64,000 nt of DNA from Octopus bimaculoides. Its lineage: Eukaryota. The notes beneath the pieces were generated by a model, which was not told the DNA's origin, did no database searches, and saw only the letters and a program-made list of their open reading frames with translations. The stretch lies in the NCBI RefSeq assembly GCF_001194135.2, contig NC_068985.1, forward strand, positions 91,107,007 through 91,171,006, read 5' to 3'. The stretch's first letter is position 1, and each line of letters starts with the position of its first letter. Position numbers and translations under genes: made by a program. This document shows, piece by piece, positions 1-13,616 of the stretch.

Positions 1-32
<32 letters not shown>

Positions 33-1713
33 TGGATAAGATCGTTATTTAAAATACCGATCATATGAAATAGCCACCATGAGAATAGAAACCTTGTAGG
101 TAATAATTGTCATCAAAATTATAATTAAGGGCATCTAAAAGATATTTCCATGCTCGAGATAGCAGTCAGAACTTAGATCTAAGACTCTAATTTCTTTGCT
201 AGTTTATTTGCCTGTTCGTCTTTTCTCTTGGTGGTGTGTGAATACTTGATGTGGATGTGGTTTTAGAGTTAAATTTTAATGCTCTCTCTTGCATGGTAGT
301 ATCTTTTAGATACCCTTAATCATAATTATATGTATGTGTGCGTGTATTTGTGTATGTATGTTTGTATGTATGCATGTATGTATGTTAGTGTGTGTGTATG
401 TGTTTTTGTGTGCGCGTTTGTGTGTGTACGGTATAATTCACTGTTTTTATTACAGGCTTTATTCTTCAAATATATACTTCATCACTATCAAATGACTAAG
501 TTTGAGATTTGTTACCCGCCAAAAAATATGCGTGTAGTGAGTAATTACCTCATTTTCAAAGTAGAAAGTGTTGTATCCCTTATTGCTAGCTTCCATTTTG
601 TTAGCAGCAAAGTTTCTCTTCTTATATAGTCAACAGGTATTTCTACAGTAATGCAGTGGCTTCATTCACCTAAGGCAATTCGTGTAATATCATTTTCAGT
701 TGTTTTTTTCTTAAATTTAGACATGATATTATGCGTGTATATTTTAACAAGAAAAATTCTTAACGTTATCTCACGTGTAAATCACCCGGAAGGAATTATA
801 TACTTCAGAGTAATTTCCAGTTCCGTTGTCTTCCCCGACAACAAATTAGGTCACTGCAATATACGTTTTTAATGACCTATTGTGTGGCCTTATGCTATTC
901 TTGAATCTGTTATACATCAAATATCTTCGCTATACTCGTGGCTTAAAAGACTTCTCTATTACTTTTCGTCCTTATAACTTGTTAGTTGATATATCAGACA
1001 CTCAGTAATTTTCTAACCACAAGATGGTTGATTCACTGAGATCATTGAATTGTTTGTGTTTCATCATTAAAGCAGCATCTATACAACTGCTGCATCGTCC
1101 TCAAATTATTCCATGTCCGTAATATACTTGGGGAAATCGTAGTTTTGCGTTATGTTTGCAAAATTTGCATATATACTATGCAAGACGTGCGTGCTCCAAT
1201 GTGTAAAGTAGCATCACATTTTATTACGAATTGTAATTTCAACTAAACATTACGGACGTTATCCAAATGAATTCCATTTACATCATCATAAACAACTACA
1301 GACACTTCAAACAATCAGAAATGGTTCCAAGTACAGAGAATTCATTACTCCTTCTCTGAATAGTATGCAGTACATAATATTTACAAAGTCATTTGTGTTT
1401 TCCTCCTCTTTTAAATTCAACATAAATTGTTGCTCAACTGCTGGAATTGCTACAGAGAATCACCTACCAAATTTATGATATGTTTAACAGCAAAGTTGAA
1501 GAGGTAATCTGAAACACGGTTCTAATATAATGGCACAAAATTCTCTTCATTACCTAAAAAATATCTGCTCTCGAAGTTGCTTTGTAAATTTTGAGAAAAT
1601 TACCATCATAAGTATGAATCACTTCAATATGGGTATAATGCACGCAAAAATGCACCATTGAATGTCAAACGATGATGAGGGGACTAGCACAGACACATAA
1701 ACATACACACACA

Positions 1714-1767
<54 letters not shown>

Positions 1768-2011
1768 TACATGTATATATACATACATGTATATATACAT
1801 ACGTATATGCACATACTTACATCTATACGTATATATATATATGCATATGTGGGCACAGGACGTCACGAAACATGCACAACAAAAAAATAATACGAAGTAC
1901 AAGTACATGGAATATGAACTATTTTTTCGAACAACGAAAGACGCAAAAGGAAAACAAGACAAGCAAGATGAAGAACGATCCTTCATCAGTTGTTGGCTGT
2001 TTTTCTACTCT

Positions 2012-2170
2012 GCTTCATTCAATTTCCGTGTACCAAATCCACTCACAAGATCTGTTGTTGGCAGGAGGCTATAGTAGAATCTCCTTGCCCAACGTGCCGC
2101 GCAGTGGAACTGAACCAGTAATCATGTGGCTGGTAAGCAAGCTACTTATCACACAGCCACTCCTGCGCCT
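2012..2170 (-). mobile_element. tRNA-derived SINE, family A
   Basis: The reverse complement reads AGGCGCAGGAGTGGCTGTGTGATAAGTAGCTTGCTTACCAGCCACATGAT..GGTTCAGTTCCACTGCGCGGCACGTTGGGCAAG. It aligns by eye with the + copy at 49995-50152 and has A-box- and B-box-like motifs. Confidence 0.85.
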
Positions 2171-2739
2171 ATATGTATATAATGACTTCATTGTTTTCCA
2201 GAAGCACACACATGCACATATATAGAAGCCAGCATAAGTATCTTTTGAATGTGAACTGGCGTGTAGGTCGGGGTTTCCATTACAACTTGTACTATGTCAG
2301 CTAAAGTTAAATAAGAAAACATTTCGTAATTGTTTTTTTTTTTTCAATCTATTCAAAATAAACATCTGTGATTGCTCATCGTTCTTGACTAGGCAACTAG
2401 ACTGCTTAATTCGATAAATTTTAAAGCATTTACTTGAAAATAGGATAGAATAAAGTCTGCACTGATTTAGAAGCAAGAAATGCAAGTCAGACATTTTTTA
2501 ACGATGTTAGTTTCCGTGTGAATTATATTGTCTTTGTAGCATAAAAAGAAAAACAAAAGAACCAACTGGCTCGTCTTATTCAATCCATCGAGGAAATAAA
2601 TTCCCGTTTGATGCCCAATATAAGTGTGTGTCTGTGCGTGTGTTTCTGTGTATGTGTGTATATGTATGTACGTGCGTGTGTGTTTGCACGTATATGTATG
2701 TATCTATTTGTGTGTATGTATAAAGACAAACACACAAGT

Positions 2740-3138
2740 GAAGTGAAAGCTTCTGAAAAGGCCAGAATAACGCATGCAGGACACAGGAGATATTTAAGGA
2801 AGAATTTTTCAATCGAGAAGGTGATTCACCATGAACGTTTTTGTTACAGAGCATGTCTTTCTTTTGCTGGGCTCAGACCTGATTTGCGAACCCATGGAAA
2901 ACGAATCTCCACCAACTATTCTGCCTATATGTCTGTGCACACCTTTCAATGCAATGTATGCCAGAAGATTTGCAAAGGTAATGGAGGCCTCAAAAGTTGT
3001 TTTAAAATTCACATAGATCAGAACTTATTTGAAGCTCGTGGTGATACAAATTGCATATGGAATCTATGTGGGCGTCTTTTCAATATATTGTCTCCATTAA
3101 AAAGCCACACCAGATGCCATGATGGTTCTATGGATTAG
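2740..3138 (+). mobile_element. Decayed 3' end of an RTE-like LINE ORF with C2H2-type zinc fingers
   Basis: ORF 2608..3138 ends KASEKARITHAGHRRYLRK...CYRACLSFAGLRPDLRTH...CNVCQKICKGNGGLKSCFKIH...CGRLFNILSPLKSHTRCH. This resembles the RTE-clade C-terminus (KRxxRK...CxxCxRxCxSxxGLxSHxRxH). A CATA/CA tandem tail follows at about 3175-3275. Confidence 0.6.
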
Positions 3139-3384
3139 GTACAGGTGTTCAAATTCTGCCTAATGAGTTAACAACCATCATACATATATACATACCATAT
3201 GCATACACACACACACACACATACACATACACGCACACACCTACACACACACACACCTACACACATACACACATATACTTATGTAGAAATAATTAAGATT
3301 CAGTTAAATTAGATACTTAAGATGAAGCACCAAGTTCGCTCGGTATTATTCACACAGTTCGAAGTAAACGTGAATAAGCGCAAA

Positions 3385-4283
3385 GTAAGTAACATGATAT
3401 CAAGTAGTGATGCAGTGCAACCGTTTCAAGCGGCTTCATGTAATTGAATAATACAATCATACAGCAATTTAAAGGCAGTGCTATCTTCAGCTGCCGAAAT
3501 ATAGAATTTTTTTAACGAGTATGACACATTAATACAATTATTTTCTGTAAATCCCTGTTATCCTGTTTTCTCATTTTCATATCCTTACTTCTCTTATCCC
3601 TTATAGATTGTTGTTTTTCGGTCTTAAATTGGTATTTCCAGTTACTTACGTCTCTGCAAGATAATTCTACTATATTCATTTAAGCGTATAAATGTTTGTG
3701 TATATGTATATATGCACATATGCACATGTGTATATGTGCGTGAATGTATATATATATATAAAGAAAAATCTCCTTGTATATGTATCTATCTGCATTATTT
3801 TACGTTCTACACATACTCATATCAGTACATCTTTTTTGAGTATTTATATTTTCAATACTTTAGATTTTATAATTGTTGTTTGAATATAGCTATGTATTAA
3901 CATTACCACAATATCCCGCACCTGATTCATGACTTAAAATGAATAGATAGTATCTAAATCGTTCCAGATATTTCATATGTAAGTGTTTTGAGCAGTCTTT
4001 ATAGAAACCACCCAATAATTAATTAATTAAGTACAAGGATGGCTATTAAACTGATTCTACATAATCTTACTTTTTAATGTTTATAATTTAGCTATTGGTT
4101 ATGATATCATTTTAGAATTCTTAAAATTTATTTTATACTAACATTATTGTTTATAAACGTTCCTCCCATCGTGTCACTAATAAATTTTCTCTGCATTAGC
4201 AACTTAAATTTCTTAGTGCCTTGTTCAATTAAATAAGCCGCTTGAAACGGCCGTACTGCATTATTAAATGATGTCCTGCTACT
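3385..4283. repeat. Diverged inverted repeat pair (about 3385-3450 and about 4214-4283), possibly MITE or DNA-transposon arms
   Basis: ATGCAGTGCAACCGTTTCAAGCGGCTT at about 3410-3436 matches the reverse complement of AAGCCGCTTGAAACGGCCGTACTGCAT at about 4235-4261. Weaker similarity extends on both sides. Confidence 0.55.
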
Positions 4284-4295
4284 TATTTCAATTAT

Positions 4296-4332
<37 letters not shown>

Positions 4333-6710
4333 NNNNNNNNNNNNNNNNNNNNNNNNNNNNNNNNNNNNNNNNNNNNNNNNNNNNNNNNNNNNNNNNNNNN
4401 NNNNNNNNNNNNNNNNNNNNNNNNNNNNNNNNNNNNNNNNNNNNNNNNNNNNNNNNNNNNNNNNNNNNNNNNNNNNNNNNNNNNNNNNNNNNNNNNNNNN
4501 NNNNNNNNNNNNNNNNNNNNNNNNNNNNNNNNNNNNNNNNNNNNNNNNNNNNNNNNNNNNNNNNNNNNNNNNNNNNNNNNNNNNNNNNNNNNNNNNNNNN
4601 NNNNNNNNNNNNNNNNNNNNNNNNNNNNNNNNATATATATATATATATATATACAGACACATATATGTGTATAAGTGTATGTGTTTGTGTGCGTGCACCT
4701 AATTCTAATTACTTCACATTCTGCAAACACCGATATCTCTATTATTCATTAGTATCAGTGTCACACCAAACTGTTTGGGAAAAGTAAATATATTGTTTAT
4801 GAATGTTGACTGATGCGTTATATAATTGTGTGCATCAAGAAAGAGACGAATTCCAATGATTTATATCTATAATACTATTAACAATCATAAACAATATAAC
4901 AGTGCTTAATTGCTGCTTATTATTATTGTTGAAGATGCTGTTAAGTTGCATGAACTTAATTTATAGCACCTGAAATTATTCGAATCCAGTTGCCTTAGAC
5001 TCAAGCACATACTGATATCAACATATAATGCTAAATTTATGACAAACATATAGATCTTTCATTCCCAAATATTACAAGTTAATTAATATTTCTGAAATTT
5101 ATTTTGAATTAAACCTAGTTCCACATCTAAATCGCTAATAAAGTTATATTTATATGATGCTCACTGATTATTTATGTATGTTATTACGGTAAGAAACGCA
5201 ATTCTATTAAAGTTTGGCAAGATAGTTCGGTTTGTCTGGAATGTAATAGTCGTTCATAATGTATTCGAAAGTTGCGTTGGTGACGTAGGTTGAATTTTAT
5301 TAAAAGCATAAACATTTGTTTGGAACGATACATTACTCGTAACACTCGCCCTTAAAAGATGAGTTCGAAGACGGTTGCAAAGCACATATTCAGCTAGTGG
5401 ATGGGTATAATATATTTTTCATTTCATTAATTAAATTGGCACATTATCAAATATGAAACTGTTCTCTGTGAGATTGCCTTTGGGAAAACTTGAAATGTTT
5501 TGCTATAATGGTCAATACAGATATTAAAGTGATATCTAATACAGGTTCCTCTCTATGAATGCAACACATATGTTTGATCATGTTTTCATAAACGATATTC
5601 TTATTTATCAGTAAGTAATGTAATGTTTAAAATATCATCAAAGCGAAATCTCAATCACCATTAACATTTATATAATAATTGCGAATGTATATATGCGTAA
5701 TCTTGTTCAGCTCAACAGTAATTAAATTATTAATATGTCTCTAAGTTTTGCGATGTGTTAACAGCAGTGTGATTCAAAATTCCCTATGAGCTTATATGTC
5801 ATTATATCATGATTAACGGAAGGAAAAGTATTTGAATGTAAAAGTTGATGTGGAACAGACAAGTAAAAGATTAAATTCACTAAATCCAGCAGTAATTTGA
5901 TCTCGTTGTATGAATTTGTAGTGTGTTAGTCTTGATAAGAATTTGTGCGTGTGAGAAAAAAATGTTTGTTATTTAGATGTAAAAATTTCATATTGTTGCT
6001 TCAAAACAAACCAGATTGAATTTTTTATTAAATCCGCCCCGTTATCGATTTGATATTTAGCAATTAGAGAGTAAACATTATTATAAACGAAAGCATAATC
6101 CCAGCAATAAATATATGAGATTATATGTTTTGGAAAAAGGTCATACTCTCATCTGATAGATATTAATTTGCACTTCACAACCTTACATATTAAGATAAAA
6201 TTTTAAACTGACAAGGAAGAGAATTCAATAACAGTCATTAAATTACTAGCATCTGATAATAATATCTCAAATGACAGCAGAAGATGCAACGCATAATAAG
6301 ATGTCTGGTATGTATACATATGATCTCAGTATCAAGTTATACAAAATCTAGTAAAAACAATTTAAGGTCGGAAAACAATAACTGTGTAGTCAACCTCTCC
6401 ATAGTTTAAATGAAGTGATTGATGAACTGATGGAGCGCTTAAATTTGCAAGCTTCAACGTGCAGTGGATGCAGTTAGCTGAAGTATTTGAAACCCGACTA
6501 AACAAAATGCATTTTTGATACTGCCTATTATAACTTCATTTTTCATGTTGATATATATANNNNNNNNNNNNNNNNNNNNNNNNNNNNNNNNNNNATATAT
6601 CGATAGATAGATAGATAGATATAGAATATATATAGATATATTACTATACACACAGATATACATACACACATAAATACATGCATACATACATACATACATA
6701 CATACATACA

Positions 6711-6741
<31 letters not shown>

Positions 6742-6794
6742 CTTTATATCTGCAATGGAAATATTAAAAGTATATGTAAGAAATCCATTCCCTG

Positions 6795-7150
6795 AAAGTT
6801 GGAAGAAAGACCAACGTAGGATTTATATTAAACTTGGTAAGTCTGTAACAAAGACATTGAGCATGCTTCGCCAAGCAGGTGCTACGCAATGTTTCGAGTG
6901 GAACGGGTTCTCAAAAGGAAAGACCGTCCCTTGAAGGGCAATGTGCAATCTGGAAGACTGACCTTGAGCAACACACCCAGAAATGTGGAGAAAAATCAGC
7001 GGCTTGCGCAGAAGGAACGTCGCAAGACAATCAACGAAGTTTTGATGCGTTGGAGGGATGACATTTGATGAAGCTGAATTTGTGTATTGCGAAGTATTGA
7101 ATTCTTCACGACAACTATGCACCCACGTATTGATCGTTCCTCCCTCGTGA
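6795..7150 (+). mobile_element. Internally deleted, frameshifted mariner transposase remnant
   Basis: Hand translation gives IKLGKSVTKTLSMLRQA..TQCFEW, then (frameshift) SGRLTLSNTPRNVEKNQRLAQKERRKTINEV, then ILHDN. This matches the mariner N-terminal HTH (KLGKSATET..FEW..SGRP..NVEK..DRRRTI) joined to an HDNA-like catalytic motif. Confidence 0.8.
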
Positions 7151-8566
7151 GTTTTCCACTCTTTTAGCTACTCCGCATNNNNNNNNNNNNNNNNNNNNNN
7201 NNNNNNNNNNNNNNNNNNNNNNNNNNNNNNNNNNNNNNNNNNNNNNNNNNNNNNNNNNNNNNNNNNNNNNNNNNNNNNNNNNNNNNNNNNNNNNNNNNNN
7301 NNNNNNNNNNNNNNNNNNNNNNNNNNNNNNNNNNNNNNNNNNNNNNNNNNNNNNNNNNNNNNNNNNNNNNNNNNNNNNNNNNNNNNNNNNNNNNNNNNNN
7401 NNNNNNNNNNNNNNNNNNNNNNNNNNNNNNNNNNNNNNNNNNNNNNNNNNNNNNNNNNNNNNNNNNNNNNNNNNNNNNNNNTATATATATATATATATTA
7501 GTGAACCAGGTACTTAAATAGTAAGGCACTAGGTCAGATCAAAATAAAAATGAATACACAAAAAATATAAATGTGTACATACCAGGGTAGAGGTGTATAA
7601 GCAGAAATATATCCAGATTACGTATACGTTTAAATGAACGATCTGAGTAAATCACTAGCCTTTGTGTTAGTCATAAAATACACCATGTCTTAGATATATG
7701 ATCCGTAATATACTTCGGATCACGCGGAAAGCAGGTTCGGAGAGGTGAATTATAAAGAACGAAATAAGTACAGGATGGATAATGTGTCAGTTTGCTACAG
7801 CTGATTCCAACGAATTTATAATTTATTTTTTAAGAAATTACATCATTAGAAAAAACCGTTTCATCACCGTCATTTGCAATTTCATGTGTCAGTGAGCCAT
7901 AATTCTACGACCAGCAAGGCTGGTAAACACATAGATGTACATATGTCGTTGATATTGGCTTGAGCTATAGAGAATTTATGCAGTATTCATCTGTTGTTAC
8001 TCATACACACGTACACCCACATACATACACACAACAGACTTCAGATATAAATATATATAAGAATATACACACACACACACACACTCACACATTTCTGTGG
8101 AAGAAAATGCGGAAATGCTAGATTTTTGCAGAAAAAGAAAATAACCAGCTTGGTGTCTAGATGCAACAAGAAAAGAAATCTTCTTTAATTCAAAGTGTGA
8201 CATACATACATACATACATACTTACATAAATACATACGTACATACATACATACATACTTACATACATATTTCTTTACATTGATATATGTGTGTGTGTGTG
8301 TGTGTGTTTGTGTGTGTGTGCGCCGCGTTTGTATGTGTAAGTATATACATATATAAACATGTCTTTTAAAAATGTGTTTACGGGAAACGCTTTGAATATG
8401 CAATAAAGTCACTCTAGCATAATGAAGTTTTATATCCTTCTTTAGAATCCTACTTCGTCTTTAGAGGGAGATTTTAACTAGTAGAAATACGGAGGAAAGA
8501 AAAACCTACGTACATACTATACACATATTTGTACATATAACCACGGATTACACAAATGCAGGATTA

Positions 8567-8605
<39 letters not shown>

Positions 8606-9208
8606 TACATTCCTTCCTTCTTTTTCTCCCTATATAACTGATCATATTTCTCAGTGGTCTGGTTTCAATACCTTCACAGATTTGGCACATTAGGATGTAC
8701 ATTTTTGTTTTCATAAATAAAACACGTTGCATTCTTACACATTTTGTTATGCATCAAATGCTACATAATACCCACCTATCTACATTTCTCGAAATATACG
8801 GATGGCATGCGATATAGAATAATGCGTTTCATTCGATTTCATCCCATTTAATATCTCACGTTAATGAAACATATATCTAACGTTAATTTCCTACATACTT
8901 GATTAATGCCTTGTGAAGAAAGTAATATGAAGCCGTTATGGATTTAATTAATATATAATGTCAAAATAGAAAATATAATGATATATTTTCCTTTAATGAA
9001 AACAGCAGACTCGCTATTCTTTTAATGACCGAGCGTTATATGTNNNNNNNNNNNNNNNNNNNNNNNNNNNNNNNNNNNNNNNNNNNNNNNNNNNNNNNNN
9101 NNNNNNNNNNNNNNNNNNNNNNNNNNNNNNNNNNNNNNNNNNNNNNNNNNNNNNNNNNNNNNNNNNNNNNNNNNNNNNNNNNNNNNNNNATGTGTGCATG
9201 TGTGTGTA

Positions 9209-9262
<54 letters not shown>

Positions 9263-10417
9263 TATATTCCTTTCACAATATGCGCGAAGTTTATATGTCG
9301 CACACAATTTAATGATGCCCATGCATTTCTGTGATATTGTAACGTTGTAAATTAAAAGGAAATATTAGTGTCATAAATGTGAAGCCAATATCGAAGAAAA
9401 CATTCTCTTGTTTTCTAATAGCCTATAGCATTCAAAATGAAATAATTCTTAATAATGAATTGTTGACCATGGCAATTCCTGTCTTGAATGTGTTAAAGTG
9501 TTCAATTTCCTATTTCTAACTCTAAATATCCGGTTTAAATCGATTTTCTCAATATTTCAACCAATTGAGGTCGAAATTTTACCAGTAATACGTTCAGAAA
9601 CCAGCGTTTCATTAGTCATTCCATTTTCCATATGTGGCTTCGTTCCAAAGGAAGAAATATAATTTATAACGAATGGAATGATATTTTGCATAAAGGGAAT
9701 ACATCTTAGATGGTTTACTGTATATATGCCACTCCACACCATATCCCAAGTAATTTATCAAGATTATTCACTATTTTCCTTGATATCGTACGCAAGAAAC
9801 GGCTTGATAGATTAATGAGTTCCTTCAAGAACGCAGTCAAATGTAATATTTATATTAGATTTTGATTGGCATTTGTAATGACCAATAAACTGAATTTATA
9901 AACTATTCTTGTTTTCGGAAAACAATTATCTTATTTCCTCAGAGAATATGTAAGAAATACTGACCAGATAAAATGGAAAGCGTTTGTGATAAATTACTTA
10001 AATACGAATGCATACCGAAATCTCACAACTGTTTCTCAACGTCTTTCTCACTGTTACTTCTATTCGACTAAATCATTTATTGAAACCAATGTCTATTATA
10101 GATGTACGTATATTAACACAGATATCTATCCTTAACAGGATGAGCTGAATTTTACTTCCCTCTCGGTTTCAATGCTTAGCTATCTATCAAGACTTTCGCT
10201 ATGTGAAAAGACACTGGAACTAAATATAGCCTCTTGTGCAGTGTACTTCGCTGATAAAGAAGACAAAACGAATACAGTACAATATTCTGTCACCAGGACT
10301 CACATGTTTAGTATTTGACTAAGCCAATATTTAATGATGACAGTATGTCCACCTGTACTCGCTATAAAGAAACACGTTAACACCGAAGTAAAACTTGTTC
10401 TACAAAACACATACTCC

Positions 10418-10488
<71 letters not shown>

Positions 10489-12134
10489 TATGCATGTATG
10501 TATATGTGTATATACATTTGATATAGGTACACGTGTGCGCCTATATAAAACTTAATCATTTGCTTTGCCTGCGTTAGTTGTAAATCTCACATCTATTTTC
10601 AATTCTCCACTTCACTTTCTATTTCGTATCTTATCTAGAATAACTTTTGCTTAAACATTTTCTCACACCCTCTCCGATGAAGGGATATAATAAATATCCT
10701 GGAAACAGCTGTAAGACCTTCTATTTATAAATGTTCTAAAATCTTCACAACCTTTGTATTTTATCTCATTCTGAAAAAAAAAAATTATATATACACAAAC
10801 TGATATATGACCTACGTTGGACACGTTCGCATAATCACCGAACCTGGAGCTTAAATACGGTCTATCCATAGCACTTACTCAGCATTACCTGACACCTTTG
10901 GATCTTACTGACACCGTAACCTCTTATAACCTCTGTTTTGTTAGTTATTGATTTATTGCGTTATTGTATTTTCTTATTTAATGCTGTAGTGTGCTTCAGA
11001 ATGAGATGTCCCAATTTATGAAGAGCAAACTCAAATTTTATAGTTAACATATTGTATGTAAGTTGGAAGATAGGTGATACTCGTATACACTGTGATATAC
11101 CATAGAATAATTTACCTATATGTTGTTTGTGATGGAGCAATAATATTCGTAAGTGTATTAACATAGACATCGTTATCCGCGACGTTTTTGCAAGCTGTTG
11201 TTTTCAACAAATGCAGATGTAAATAAAGTTTTGAATGCTGATAGTAAAATATTATGTATTATATTTTATGCAGGAGTATCAACTTCACATAAGTCAGAGT
11301 TCTATTTACTTTTCTATTTTATTTTCTATTTTCTATTTATTTTTCACATTATATGTGTGTGTGGGGACGGCAAACTATCTTCCAACAAATAAAATGTTGA
11401 AAGCCGTTTTTATTCATGCTTTTAGTTTCATTATTTGATATTGAGTTGCAACTATTATGATAGAAAGTTTGAGTCTTCTTTTGCGATACACAAGCGAATA
11501 TTTCAGAAACTATCCTTCATCAATTTAATATTATTTGGTTGCAGGGGCAAACCGAAACATAATTTTCATACTTTTACATATATGTTTAGATATGTTATTT
11601 ATTACTCTTTGAATTATCAGTTACTGAGAAAGGGACGTGGGAATATTATTTATGGGTTATATTAAATATCAAGATTTGAAGCACGCTACTATAGTTAGAG
11701 ATTACGGATATTAATTTCTCTTAATTTTGTTAGTTGAAATATTACCAAATAGATAGAATGACAACGAACGGAAGCAGCTTAGATATTAGTTTAAAACTTT
11801 CTTCTTATCTTCATAACAAAAACTACACAACAAACGGGATAACTCAAGCAATATACAGTATTTGCATGAATGGTTTCACCTAACTTATCTTGCAATTAAA
11901 ACTCGCTCATTAAAATTTCTGTTTGTTTCTTATTTTTCTAAATATCTCACATATACTTCCATCAAAAGCGAACATCACATGTTCCAAATCTTGAAGGATA
12001 AGTGCTGCGTTAACCATTTGATTGAAAGAATTACGCATTTCCACTTGAGAAGCAGGTATACATTGAGAAAATAATTACCGCAACAAACATGATTAAAGCA
12101 GGTTTTGTTTTCATTCAAACATTAACTTAAACAT

Positions 12135-12288
12135 AGACACAGATGTGGTTGTGTGGCAAGAAATATCACATGGCTCCGGGCTCAGTGTTCTGGCGTGGCA
12201 GCTTGAGCGAGTGTCTTCTGCTGTAACCTCCGGTCAACAGAAGCCTTGTGGGTGCAATTGTTTGATGGATACTGAAAGAAGCTCGTCA
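12135..12288 (+). mobile_element. tRNA-derived SINE, family A (diverged)
   Basis: GTGGTTGTGTGGCAAG..CACATGGCTCCGGGCTCAGT..GCGTGGCAGCTTGAGCGAGTGTCTTCTGCTGTAACCTC..AAGCCTTGTG..ACTGAAAGAAGCTCGTC aligns with 49995-50152 and is followed by a TA/CA microsatellite. Confidence 0.75.
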
Positions 12289-12321
12289 TGTGTATATATG
12301 TATAAATGTATATATCTACAG

Positions 12322-12363
<42 letters not shown>

Positions 12364-13563
12364 ACACACAAACACACATATNNNNNNNNNNNNNNNNNNN
12401 NNNNNNNNNNNNNNNNNNNNNNNNNNNNNNNNNNNNNNNNNNNNNNNNNNNNNNNNNNNNNNNNNNNNNNNNNNNNNNNNNNNNNNNNNNNNNNNNNNNN
12501 NNNNNNNNNNNNNNNNNNNNNNNNNNNNNNNNNNNNNNNNNNNNNNNNNNNNNNNNNNNNNNNNNNNNNNNNNNNNNNNNNNNNNNNNNNNNNNNNNNNN
12601 NNNNNNNNNNNNNNNNNNNNNNNNNNNNNNNNNNNNNNNNNNNNNNNNNNNNNNNNNNNNNNNNNNNNNNNNNNNNNNNNNNNNNNNNNNATACAGCGGC
12701 CGATTCATTTTGCTAATATTCTTCTTCGAGCAGTTCTGAAGCGTGGCCTAGATCTAAAGACTGATACAAATAAAATATAAAATCAAAAGGTTAAACGTTA
12801 AGTATTTCCTAGTTGAAACTGGAATTCGTCCCTCTTCGCTGTCGATATTTGATTTAAACACCAATATATCTTTCAATATACGTTTCTATATATTTCAACG
12901 GAATAAAATGTCACCGAGAGGAATATTGAGATATGCATTGTCATGCGAACTACAAAGACATAATACGCACTTTTCATTAATTAAAAAAAGCATGCACTAC
13001 CTCGTATCCTGGATACATATATAGTTTTCTCAATCCAATAATGATAGTTCAAGTGAATGGTGACGACACAAAGGTTTTTCGCAAAGCACAGAAAAACAAT
13101 AAATAAGGTTGATATTGGGATTTATTGTTCACGACAAAATTCTTATAGAAAATAAAACAATCACAAGTTGTCTACTGAAAAATGAAACCCCTAAATAACA
13201 AGGGAAACGAAAGGAAATGTTATGAAACATTCCACATAATATAAATATTATAGTACGTCTGTCACATCGTCAAATATCCGTTCACATTACTGTTGATGCA
13301 TTTCTGGGAGTAGAAATTTTGCTATATATTCTTTTATCATTTTAATATCATCGATAATTATTCACGGGAAGGAATTGCCCGTCGAGCAGACGTGAAACCA
13401 AATCTAATGTAACGACACGACGGTTTTCCACGTATGTCTCACAATGCAACGTACTGTTTATTGAAAGTTCAATTTAATGATTTAACCTCTGAAATTCACC
13501 TAGAGTCACGCCCACTGAAATCCCACACAAACACGTAAAAATTCAGACATGCATCTCTGCCTG

Positions 13564-13616
<53 letters not shown>

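Noticed and set aside
1960-2000. Minus-strand CUGAUGAAGG
   Set aside because: No GAAA follows any possible stem II.
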